A DNA stretch of 64,000 nt from Iphione sp. A-MEVVRFRX5 (taxonomy: Eukaryota): positions 107,322,001 through 107,386,000 of the forward strand of contig OZ320313.1 in assembly GCA_976226885.1 (NCBI GenBank), read 5' to 3'. The position numbers and the translations under genes are program-made. The notes beneath the pieces were generated by a model. That model did no database searches and was not told where the DNA came from. It saw only the letters and a list, made by a program, of their open reading frames with translations. Position 1 is the stretch's first letter. Every line of letters begins with the position of its first letter. Below, in pieces: positions 34,250 to 46,722 of this stretch.

Positions 34250-36810
34250 ACAGATGTACTGTGTTTTTGAAATAGTAAAATCCCATTCTGCCATGTTTCA
34301 TACCTGTCAAAGCATATTTTGTATAGAAAGTGTGCTGATCTACTGAGCTAATATTACATGATGAACATGCTACATGTACACGCATGAGCATGGCAACACT
34401 GGCAAAGTTTTCACGGCACTCCATAGCAGCCAAACATACCTCATATTACACATGTACATGTACACATGTACATGGAAATTACGCCTTGAATGCCCGACAA
34501 GGTACTATATACACCAACAGACACAGACATTGTTAGTCGGAATCAATTGACACACTAAAATCGACCAGAGATGTTTGTGTGTAACCGCGGAAACCTAGTC
34601 ACTTCCTCAGTGTCTGTGATCATAAGCTAGGTTCTTTACTAGTAAATGTATCATATTTTTGTACTACAAGGTACCTTCCTCAGTACTAGATCAGTTTTTC
34701 TTTCTACAACTATCGGTCTGCTACTCCCTGGACAAAGAAAGGCTACTGAATGCACTGCCTACTATTGAAAATAATTTTGCAAGAGCTCTAATCTGATTTA
34801 ATATATTCAGTGAAATAATGTTGGAATTACTAGGTTATGGCTGACCGGTAAAACCAACTGGAAGCGAGATATAAACGCAATTTTAACTCGTCAGCAAAAA
34901 GGGATAAGGTTGTAAATGATAGGAAGATCTATACGACAGATTTTTTTTTAGCGCTGGACCCCTCCAATCGACAAGAGTTTATAAGCCTTGTTTCTGGTTC
35001 TCGCTTTGTCCTCAAATTATGTATATATCTTTCATTCTCTTCCTCTCTCCGTCTTGCTCTTCCTGCTTCCCTCCATTTCCCCCCTCTCCTCCCTGATCCT
35101 TCCCCCCTCATTATATCCTTCCTTTATCATTCCCTCCCTCATTCTATCCTGTCCCTCTCTTCCTCCTTCCTCCTCTGTTTCCTCCCCTGTTCTTCTCTCT
35201 ACCTCCTTAATCCTTCCTCCTTCCGTCCATCTCATAATATTCTTCCTTCACAGTTATCATTATCTAGGTCCTTCACTGTCCGTATCTCCCTGTCCCTCTG
35301 TCTTTTCCCCCATTTTCCTCTTTTCCCTCGCTTTCCCCAACCTCTCTTCCCGCCCTCATTCAATGTCTATATAACCTACATCACCCACAGGACCCACAAG
35401 CTGCACGACAGAGCTACTGGGGTGGAATGATGCCCCAATAGCCCCCGTCACTCCGCCCATAACAGCGCAATAATAAAGGCAAGTGCCAAAATAGAATTCA
35501 AAAACCATCGCTATAAAGACCGCTGTCGCAATGACTCGCAGTGTCTGTCAAAGGAGTTATTTTAACCTCCATCCAATCTTCACTCCTAGCTTTGTAATTT
35601 ACGTTCGCTTAACCTCAGTGAAACTGAGAACGCAGTCGTATTTGTCTCTCAGTGTTCACTGTGCCGCTGTCGGTATAAGAAATAAGAGAAAAGTCACAAA
35701 GTCGTGATACATGAAGGGGCTGCGGTGGAGCATTGTTAGATACTGTTTACTGTGATCGTGCGTAGCTAGATGCATCTGCGACCCCCTGTTGTGTTTCGAA
35801 ATATATGGTGACAAGTTAAATGCTGCCCTGGGATTTGAAATTGGCGAATTTCATCCGACTGCAGTAATGTCCCTGGGTGGAAAATTACGTGTGTATGGGA
35901 AAGTCAAATCCATGAAAGACACATTTTTTCAAACCCAAAAATGTACGCAGTAAGTGTATGGTCTGAATAGAAAACCTACCCAAGTCGTCAACGACAAGTG
36001 GCATTCGTAATCTTAATGTAGCCATTGACACGGAAAGGAAAGAAACGGTGGAGGCATAAACATTTGATGTATTTATATGTGTATGGACGTGTGAGAAAGC
36101 AATACAAACAAGATATATCAAATCTTTATGTGGCTACTAACAGGGAAAATTACAAGAGATGAACAAATAGACATGTGCGACAGTCTGAGACAGAGAGCTA
36201 AAAGGAGAGATTAAAGTAGAGAAATAGGTAATGACGTCAAATAGACAAAAGCCAGACAGAGAGGCTAAGAAATATGAGAGAGAATCAAGACAGTCATTCG
36301 AGGAGGGACTTGGCAATGATGGGCCGCAAGCCCTGTAAACAAATGTTTACATACATAGCAATAGGGTTATGTAAATGGTTTAGTAGCTTGAAACATATAC
36401 ATGTATTTATGTGTTATATAGATCTAGGAGAAATAACTTAAGAGTTGGTCTCTCCATCTTGTGGGAAGATAAAAACGTTTGATAATTTAAGGCATGCGTG
36501 TTTTCATAGCTTTGATGCGTTTTCATACTGGATTCTGAGGACTATGGTTATTTACTGGATTGCTTCCTTCAACATGTGTGGTGTGTACCACGCAGTTTGC
36601 ACAGACATACCGTATTTACAAAAATGGGAAGTACCCCATTCCCCCACTGTGTATTCATGGCTGTGAATGTATGTAATGTGGGAGGACCATGGTTATATAC
36701 TGACATGCGCATACATGATGAACATACTACACATGTTCAGCTTAGCATTGTGACATGGTGAGACTTTCCACAGCACTCCAAACATGCTACACATGTACAT
36801 GAAAATTTAG
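34250..36810. repeat. Two diverged copies of a dispersed repeat (about 34250-34470 and 36580-36810)
   Basis: Shared tacatgatgaacat(g/a)ctaca...agcat...gcactcca...acacatgtacatg. Confidence 0.45.
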
Positions 36811-37119
36811 CCTAACAGTGAAAAAAAGATGGACATTAGAGAAAAGATGGATGGGGGGGAAGACGAAGAGTAAGGATTACCGATATAGAAAGTAGGGAGT
36901 AACAGGGAAAAATTGGAGATTAGAGTAGCTGGATAGGGGACTGAGACAAAAGAAGACAAAGGGAGTCATCCAGGCTGAGACATTCAGAGGGAAGTAGAGA
37001 AAGCGACCGAGAGAAACATAGTCAAAGAAAGCGAGTCAGAGACAGAATTGGACATGAGACAGATCCTTACAGTCGGACGTTTGTGTAGTAGCGTTGACTC
37101 AGAAGGAGATTAAAATTTC

Positions 37120-37500
37120 AGGTCCTCAGCATTCTCCTCCTTGGCAGTTGACCTATTAACACCCTCCATAACCAGGAGGAGGTCAGAATAGTACATGGCT
37201 CCAGTAAATGAGATGATGCCCGATTTTCTTGGAGCACAATAAGTAATAGATTGAGGAAACAGATGTAATAGATTGAGGAAACCAATGATAACAAATGGTC
37301 AGGCATGGACATAGCAGGACAGAGAGCAGATAGGGAAAGAAAAGACATCATGAACGGGAAAGCTAAACATGTCAAAACCATCCTTTCCTTTGTCTTTTCC
37401 TGTAGCAGTCCATGTGTTTGTGCTGTAATCCAGCGGAATAGGCTAGACTGCAGGAATTGATTGCCCAAACCACCAGTGGTGAAACATTATTTGGTGATCT
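37120..37500 (-). mobile_element. Possible very degraded LINE endonuclease fragment
   Basis: Minus strand WFGQSIP...DCYRK(D)..GK.G resembles the APE ETW / YRKDR..GGG motifs; frameshifted. Confidence 0.3.
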
Positions 37501-39669
37501 GAAATGTTGCTAAAGCATTATTTGCCTTCAAAACTAAGCGCTAAACGCTCTAGAACAATTATTGGTGAAGCGTCATCAAAGAATTTATTCTTGATGAATC
37601 ATTTACCTGCGGTTTTTTTAGCGTTATGTTTTTTTTTCTGAATTCTTGAAGCGTTATTAGGTACACCCTGACGCCCCCTGTTTACAATGGCTGGTTATTC
37701 GTTTTACTGTCCACTTCTATTTTTCATAGGATTTGAAGACTTATATGCTAAAAGTCTCGATCGGAAGTTTATCTATATGTAAAACCGGAAGTATGCACCA
37801 AGAGTAGTTTTGTTTCATTGCTATACCGTCAATTATACCGGGATGCATGTGAGTTTCATTACACATCGTGCATTCGAATGCAAGTAATGGCATGTAAAAA
37901 TTGGTGAAAGGCCTTGAACAAAATGTGAATTAATTAGAACGCTGTTGCTGTCGTTAACCTCAATATGGAGTCCAATTCTTTTGAACATCTGTTGACATTT
38001 GGCCAGCTGCTATAAGGCATGTTCATCTAGAGATTGAGTAGGTTAAACTGTTCGTTTTACCTATCTGTCATTCGATGTTCCGTGGAACTTCTTGTCCTGT
38101 GGAACTTCTCTATTTCTCAGTAACTTGTCAGGTTATTTTTGCTCGTCTTATACAATATACTTGCAGATATCAGGTTGTATCTACGTCCGTCCGTCTGTGT
38201 ACAGATAAAGTCTCGATGGATCTGTTCCATGTCTGCCGCTTTCTACACCTCTACATTTCTCTGTATGTTTTTGTCTATCCTAGTCATTATCTCTCTATCT
38301 GTATCTGTACAATTTAACTATAGATGCATACAAAAGAAGTACCAAAAGCACGTCTATTCACAAGCATAGTTTTAGCCTTTATCTTGCTCAAGCCCTGACA
38401 GAACCAGGCACTTTAAGTGCGTGTAGATTTAAAAGCAAGGCAAGTGCCACTTCACGTTTCGAAGGACAAAAGGTTGCTGATAAAAGTATCCTTTTTCGTA
38501 TATGCTTGCACACCCACTCTGCTTAGGAAGCTAAGATACTCGATGTTATCACTTAGATTCAATCCGTGTTGAAACAAAATGTGGCACACTAGTTTTTGTT
38601 CTCGTTAAATTGTTCACTTTAATTCGATAATCTGTCATTATGCTGTGCGTACTTTTGGCTGTACCAGAGAGCGCATGATAACAAAGACCTCCCTGGGCTG
38701 GTGCTCCCCCAGGCTCCACACATGATGCTTGCGTGTAGAATTAGGAGGCTTGGCTCCTGGCCACAATAGACTAATGAATGTTGCATATTAGCGACGAGTT
38801 GGTGGGTAATTGCCGTGCTAAATACCCCGAATTAACAGAGATAAACAAAAAAAGCAGGATTACGGTTAGATTTCGGATGGAGTAATGACCTTGGTGTCAC
38901 AGAAAGGATACTGAAGTGACGATGGGCAGTGTAGGTCGCCCTCACAGTCCACATATCCGAGCTACAGAAATGTTTTGAGGAAATGTTTATGGTGGAATAC
39001 GGTCATGTATAGTGTACACGAATATACCTTCTGTGAAGGCGAGTTTCGACAGGCAAGTTGTTTACTCTGATGGGTATGAAAAGAGTAAATGGAGAGAACA
39101 CGGTAATTTAGTGTATACATATATAGAGAGAGAAGCAGCTGAAGGTGGAAGGAGGGAAGGAAACAGACAAGGGGTCAGGTTGAGAGAGAAGTAGAGACAA
39201 GAAAGAAAAAAAGCACAAAGTAGATCGATGGAAAAATTTAAATATAGATATGGACTGTCTCTACAACGGATGTAATATTACCGATTTAAAAGTAGCAAAG
39301 AATAGAAGGGATCAGGGGAAGAGAAAATGAGACAAGTAAACATAAATGACGTAGAAAGAAAGAAAGAAAGAAAGAAAGAATGAATGAATAAATGAAAATG
39401 AAAAGGTGATAATATGTATGTATCCTTTCACAGAAATGAAAAGCTAGCCGTAGACTTATGGTTTTGTTAAGGCCTTGGTCTTACTTTCTGTAGCTTTGTA
39501 GACCAGCAACATTGCAAACTTCGGCACGCTCAGACAGGAGCCAGAACTAACATAATTCCTTATTAATACCACTCTCCGGCCATAAAAGCGCCCTGTTGTG
39601 ACCACAATTAAATACGAAAAATTACCCACCGCCATTCATGCCAACACGCGCTCTGTGGCCATTTTGCAG

Positions 39670-39808
39670 CACGTGACCCTCCTCCAGGCAACATCTGGTG
39701 GCCCATGATGAAACAGCGCGAGTACTCGGAAAGTATCGCCGTGGCCGAGGTTCCGGCTCATCAGGACCATTCTTGCGTGGCAGCCTGTCAGCTGGAGACC
39801 GTACCCAG
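39670..39808 (+). CDS. Penultimate exon of an unidentified gene (RDPPPGNIWWPMMKQREYSESIAVAEVPAHQDHSCVAACQLETVPR)
   Basis: Acceptor ttttgcag, donor gtaaac, phase 1 to 2, matching the 41253 exon. Confidence 0.65.
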
Positions 39809-40404
39809 GTAAACAACAGGGAGAGAGATATTTCCCCATGTCTGTACTTGTCCCTCTCTCCTTCTATCCCGCCTAACATTTCCTTTCTCGGACCTTCTCC
39901 TCCTATCTTCCCACTAAAATTGTTTGCGGTGGACCACTCTCTTTCTCTACAAATATGAATCCCTCAGACTTATTTAATTCTGACAATCTGGACATTGAAA
40001 TCTCACCTTGACAAACGTCCCTGCCCTGTGACATTTTCAATCACAAATCTTATACTGTGTTCCTGTGCTCTTGAAACATTTGCCCTCTGCGATCCATTCT
40101 CTCAACAAACAACCAGCTATTGTTACCCTCCCTCTTTTAAAACGACTGCCGGAAGTCGGTTGAAAGTAGATCTGTCAAGCAGTTCCTTCCTTCCCTATGA
40201 CAAAATAGGTTATTTTTATATGTATGGCCTGTACAGAATTATCTTTTAGAAAGACTTGCTGTAAAAGAGTATTAAACAGAATTATATTGCTTTAATAAGA
40301 AAAATATGTGGAGGGAGCTGCACTTCTTTCTTCAGTTGGTGTAAGGATATCGTCCAAGACTGGTACCCTGTCCTCACACTCTACGAAGTGAGGGAGTGGG
40401 TGCC

Positions 40405-40479
40405 AGTGTAGGGTTTGTTTGGAATTCCCTAGTGATGACGTCATCAGGGGAAACCCTGGCAGACCGGTAGCAGGGAAGG

Positions 40480-40544
<65 letters not shown>

Positions 40545-40602
40545 GGAATCTCATCTCGTCTATCAACTACCAGTGCAAGCGCCGAAGGCGCTTGTGTAGA
40601 AT
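40405..40602 (+). mobile_element. Short Helitron/Helentron-like repeat, second copy of the 15465-16765 family
   Basis: Palindrome at 40421-40456, (GA)n at about 40483-40541, hairpin caagcgcc-gaa-ggcgcttg at 40576-40594. Confidence 0.6.
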
Positions 40603-41252
40603 AACATCTTCTAGAACCACCTTCTACAGTTCTCGCCTTGACAGCTACCCTGTGATTTCCTATCTATAGCCATTGTTTGATCACATCGAGGTATTTGCCC
40701 TATGTAATCCTCTATCTCACAAAGCTAAGCCCTCAAGAATCTTGGCCCACTCCAGTGTAAAGACATTTGTCCGTTTACATGTTCATTAGGCCATCTTTCC
40801 TATAATAAGAAATGACCATCTCATTCTTGGGACTATCGCATATCCTATCCAAAAAAGCAAAACAGATCCTCAGTCTTCAGTTATCCCATCTCCTGAGCAT
40901 TAAAACAGTTAGTTGTAGAAAATCTGGATTTTCACAACGATGTACCCTGATGTATATGTAATTTGTTTGTGGATTGTCAATGGAAGTATGCTGTACCTAT
41001 TAAAGCCATTGCTTCGACATTGTCGACGGTTGTGGACGCACCGTCACCACTCAAGTGGCTAGGAAATCATTTGATTGTTTCAGTGTTCAACGACTAGTGG
41101 AGTAGGATAATGTTTTAGCCACTCTCAGCCTATTAAGTAATCAAAGCATTGAAAAATGTATTACCTACAGTTATATCACTGGGACTGTCACCAGACGTTT
41201 TTCCATAGATATATAAATGGGTGAGTTATATATTACGTTCTTTCCCTTGTAG

Positions 41253-42273
41253 GTCCAAGACTGGGGTAACCATCGGCCCAGGGCTTTGCCCCTCCAGGTA
41301 CCGGGACGCCATCATCGTTTATCTGGACTCGACACGTAAACGTTACGTGAGTCGGGTGGAGTACACCACGCGCATGAAGCCCCTCTGCTTCACCGAGACT
41401 ACGTACCTCTGGCCCAAGGTGGTCTGTCGGTCCTTCTCCAGCCAGGTGGACCACCAGGCCGAGTCCCGCCGCAGGTGGTACAAGTCCTCCGTCAGGCTCG
41501 AACCACAGGTGTATACCTCCTCCCGGCAGTACTCAGTCTCGCCTGACCGACAGCTTGCAGAGGTGAGTCCAGTAGAACACGATGCCACCATGGAGTCGCT
41601 GGATTACCTGTCGGACGACCACAGTCTGGAAAACATCAGCGATCCCCTTTCGCCGCTGAGGCTACATGTGGGTGAGGTCCACCCAATGCAGAAGGCAGAT
41701 GGCGGAGGATCCAGGCAATGGTCCAGGCAGTCGTCGGGGAGTAGCACTGGCGGTAGTGATGGCGACAATAAGAGGTTCCACTACTACAGCAGCGAGCTCA
41801 ACGGAAACACTAGACATGAGCGGTATGTGCAAAAAGGAGATTCCAACGGTAATGATGTGGTCATTCATCGTAGTGGCCCTTTCATCTACAACACAACCAA
41901 ACAGCAACAGAGGCGTTACTCGGCGGATGACGAGGTCAGTGACCCCAGTGCATACAACACCCGTCTGAACGGACACGTCTCCACCAATGGATACCACAAC
42001 CTGCACCAGGGCATGAATGGTCACTCTGACCTCAAGAATGGCCTGAACATGGACCGTGAGGACCATGTTAATGGCGAACTTGGGCGTGACCTTCACTTTA
42101 CACGTTTAGATGATTTTAACCCGGACCTGGAGCATGATCTCCAGCGCGACCTTGAGCATGGCCATAATTACCGTATCCTGGATGATCTTAACCAGGACAT
42201 TGAGAGCGACCTTAACAACGACCTTCAGCGTGACCTTGAACGGGACATAGAGCGACAGATCATCGGTGTGTGA
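41253..42273 (+). CDS. Large terminal exon of an unidentified protein (globular N-part, low-complexity S/G/N/H region, acidic DLxx-repeat tail)
   Basis: 1-kb stop-free GC-rich frame after acceptor ttctttcccttgtag; phase 2; TGA at 42271-42273. Confidence 0.85.
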
Positions 42274-44052
42274 CCTCGCTTTATCACTAAAATCCAGCCG
42301 CTGTCACCGTTGAATTAAGTGACCGTCATAGCTCCGAATGCTACTGGGGTTTATGTGTTTCATGTTAATCCATGTAACGCCAGGCTATATACACTCTGTA
42401 TGTTTAACTTTATGCTCTTTTCGTACACAGGGGCCCTGCTCTTTATAAAAATGATAAACCTTTACTCCATTGAGTATATTGCTATGTCGGGCCTAAACAA
42501 AACACACATTCAGACGGATACTTACGCGATATGTTTAGCATTTCTCTACGCAGTCGGCACTGAGGACTCTTGTATAAAGAGGCAATCAGGCACACTCAGT
42601 GCCGCAAGGTCTCCTACTTTGAAGCCCTTATCCAACATTTGCCCGTACTCTGCTGTAAAAAGAAATATTTCGGCTCGAGCTGGGTGCACATATATCAAGA
42701 ATGTGACAGGAGGGACCTATTTGGGTCCCTGTATACATCATGTGGACATTTCGGAAGAGTTACCCTCACTTTTAAAAAAATGTAACTAGTAGACCAAGTC
42801 TTAAAAATCGACCGTTTTTACGGACCAAGTGTACAATTATTGATGTAAGTCTTCATATGAGTATTCGTCCAAATAGAGAGGTTTCTTCTGAAATAAAGAC
42901 AAATCGGCATTAATATTATTTCATCTTATTAAGCTTTTCATTAGGCTATGTAGTTTGATGGTGATAACCTGTAAATATGAAACGAATTGAATATGAGGAC
43001 GGAAGACGTATTTCGCCACATTGATAGAAGAAGGATTGACAGGCTAGATAGCTGGATAGGTAGGTTAAGTTATAAAAAGAGGAGAGGGGCTATCAATAGA
43101 AGTGGTCGGATCTGAAAGGAAAAAGAGGGGAGGCAGGTGGGGAATTGCAGATTGAATGACGAGAGAGAGAACAGAATCGTTCCCGTGATGGTGATAGAAA
43201 AGAATCAGTTACGTTTTTCAAGGGATAGTAAAACCTTAACATTTTTACCATCTCTGAGTTTACCCAAATCGGCTAAAGCAAACTAGGAAACGTTATGTAT
43301 TTCTTAAGTTGATTCCTTATGAAATATACATCCCTGCCCTACAATGGGAATTAATGCAACGTGTCGCCCCTGAAAGGTATTTAAGCGTTTGATATTGAAA
43401 TGCACTCAGACGTGAATGACTGCCAGGCTGGTTTAGGGTCAGTTGGTGGTCTAATACAACAGATTCAAGATTAACACACGTCCCGAGAGGGAGCACTTGA
43501 CTCTCTTACCACTTAACGTTTAAGGTTTCTTATACAGGGCTTATAATGAATCTGTAGAAAAGGGTTAAAGGAACAAAACAAGAACGTATCGTTACAAGTG
43601 GCTTTGCAATCTGTATAGCTGATACTCATCTCCCTTTAAAACCCCAAACTGCTAGGGGGCTATTGCATTCACCCTCCATGGGACAGTATAACAGCCAGGG
43701 AGGGAGTTAACAAACAGGATGCGACGATTTATTGAACTGGAGAAGGAGTTCTTCTATAACTTCCCAAATATAAAAAAGTTTGTTTCTGTCCTCTTTGTAA
43801 CATACTAGTTACCAACTGCTTATATCTTGTTGTGCTCTAAATCGCAAGCATTTTTTTTTAAACCAAAAGACTGCTGTCTAACCTCGTTTTTATTCTCCTC
43901 AGCTCAGGATTGTTTCTTCACTCCGAGCGCTAGCTCGCCGTTCAGCCATACAAAGAACAGCCACTCAATGCTGTTTACAAAACAGAAAAGTATGAGACAG
44001 AAGCGCTTCTATCCCGGCAAGCCATCTAAGATGGACCCTGTCCTTTGCCGCC

Positions 44053-46661
44053 TCATACCAAGTGATGATATATATTTCCTTGGTGTCGGCGCTCTTCAGC
44101 CTTGGCTGTCGAGGTAGACGGACTTTTTAATGGAATTCCACCTGGTTACCTCCAATTTTGACAATAGAATTACATCTTTCAGCCTCCCTTCGGTTTGTCA
44201 ACAATGTCTGGAAGCTTGGCGGGGAGAACATTCCTATTTCAGGCACGTCTGGGGGGATTTATAGACTAGATGTGACCTGATGGTGTTAGTAATAGCTCGC
44301 CATACGTGTCTGCGGATGTTCGGCACCACACAGCATCCACTTCAATTCATATATATACATATACATATATATATTTACACACATCAAAAAGAAAAGGCTC
44401 CCTGATCTTCTGTCATTATCTACATAGATTCTATATATTTCAGATATATCTCAGTCTCTATCATCTCTATTTTTCTGTCTTTCAATGTTTCTCCCTTCCT
44501 TGTCTCTCACTATAGTTCGCTGCTTCCTACGACCTCTGCTCGGAGAGGCTGTCACTCTCTGACCTCTCTATCCCTGTATCTCCCCCTCTCCCCGTATCTC
44601 TCTGTCAAACTCTCTCTTTTCCTCTTCTCTCTCTCTTTCTCTCCCTTTCTGCCCCCCTCCTCTGTCTGGGACTGTGCCGTACTGTTTTCCCAATCCCCCA
44701 TCCCTAGATCTGCCGTATGTTCTCGTCGGTACCCCCCCCTCACATCCACAAGAACAATGGCGGTCTGCCGAGACCCAGATATGTTCATGGTGGTGTGTGC
44801 CCACCGAGCACACATACAAATAATCCCCTGTGAGATGCCCAGCGTTGTTCACCACATATCCGCAAGGATCGAAATTATCTTTTCTCCACCCACCAGCCAC
44901 CCCGCATGTTGTTGACAAGAGGGGCTGGGACTGTTGGAAACGCTGGAGGGCTGCGGTTGAAAAAGCAGAGGCCATATATCAATGAGCAAGTTAATGGAAA
45001 GCAAACCTATCTTGTACTGTGCCAGTTACTAGTCTCTCTCTGTGTTCGTACTCTGAAGCAGGCATTCATGCTGCTTGGCAGTTTGTACATCTTTGTGTTT
45101 GCGTCCACGACCGTCTCCGTGCATGCTCCAGACATCTATGTCTACATGTCTGCAATCTTCGTCTCCCTCTGCTTTCCTGTCCATCATTGTAACGGTTTCT
45201 CTTTGTTGCCTCTCGCACCATCTTTCTCTATCCTCTCTCTGTGATACCATCTCTCTTTCAGTCGTTCTTTTCCTCTGTCCTTTTCTTCTCGTTTATAGGT
45301 TCTAATTTGACGTTATTTTGTAGTTTGATAATGTTTCAACGTACACATTTGAAAGGAATCCCGTTGTGCAAGTGTGTATTTAATAATGGAAGAATATTAT
45401 CCACAAGTTAATAGACAAATCTCAATTTCAAGTTCTTGGGGATCTTTCATTTTTTACGGCCTGTTGGAAACCAGGTCGCTATGTCAATATCTTACCAAAA
45501 AAACGTGTCCTTTTAAAAAGGAGTAATGTCTTCACATTGCAACGGTTACGTGCTCTCAAAACGCTGGGCCAAGAAGAAACGACAATCCGAAGTGTTCTTT
45601 TCTCAGCTCGGACGGCCCGCAAAGAACGAAGAAAATAGGAAAAACCTGAGAAATGCTAACAATCACAGCAGGCATCGGTATCTGACAACTCCTGACGAAA
45701 CAGTTCACCCGAAACCTCGTCCACTTCAAATCTTTTTACATTTGTTCTGAATGGCGCTCTCCTTTTGATAAGTTGTAACAATGTTAGTCGATAAGTAAGT
45801 AAGGTGAGAAGCCCACATCTGACTACACTGTAGAGTCTATACTACTGGCTTTTCTGCCAGACGGTAAGGCAAAAGTGCAAATATATCGATATATGAACAT
45901 TCATACGAAAAAAAACACAGGTTCTCATGAACATACAGGTATGTATACAACAAAAGAACCAAAATCCAGCGTGCTGGCCCCGGGAGAACTATCAAATAGA
46001 TGGAGTGACAGTGGAAATGCTTCTGTGGAAGGACCCCTCTCTATTTTTAAAGATAAAGCAGTATAATTATATGTGATATGAAAAGCAGTTAAACTAAGAA
46101 AGAACGCAGAAAATGCAAAAGGAGATGAAACCCATAGAAATGTCAGAATAAGACCTATTTTCTAGCACACAATTTTTGCTATGTCTGTGTCAAAACGTAC
46201 AGCGGCGCTGATAAAGATAACGAACTGAACTGTAAAGGATACCAGCAGAAATCCTTAAGCAATTATTAGGTATGTTGGTGCTCTTAATACCGTTCTTATA
46301 GCGTACTTTCCAAATTCAACCAAGAGGTGTAGTCGAAACATTCGTGAACGAAGGGAGCATGAAGATTTCAGAGAGTCAAATAATGAACTACTGGGAAAAC
46401 CAGGGAGTAATCTCACAAAGAATACAGATGTTAACTAATCATCAGAACTCAAACTGGTGATTTATGTATGGACAATTTTAGTCTGTGGATACAATGCTCA
46501 TTTTTGTAGCCTTGTACGCTGTAAAGACCGAGAGAAAGCTTAGAGGCAGAGGGGAGACAATTGGGTGACAGTATTAGCGGGAATGTAGGTTTATGGTGTG
46601 GTAACGGGATATGCTGGTTAGATCTCTCAGCATATTGATATACATGCACGTGTATATGGAC

Positions 46662-46722
<61 letters not shown>

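Noticed and set aside
41171-41220. Possible micro-exon (cag...gtgagt) just before the terminal exon
   Set aside because: It would need a 32-nt intron, and 39670-39808 already fits the phase.
39740-41345. Resemblance of HQD...L...G...PG...DAII to PhyH-type 2OG dioxygenases
   Set aside because: The spacing is off and no distal His is present; not supportable without a profile search.
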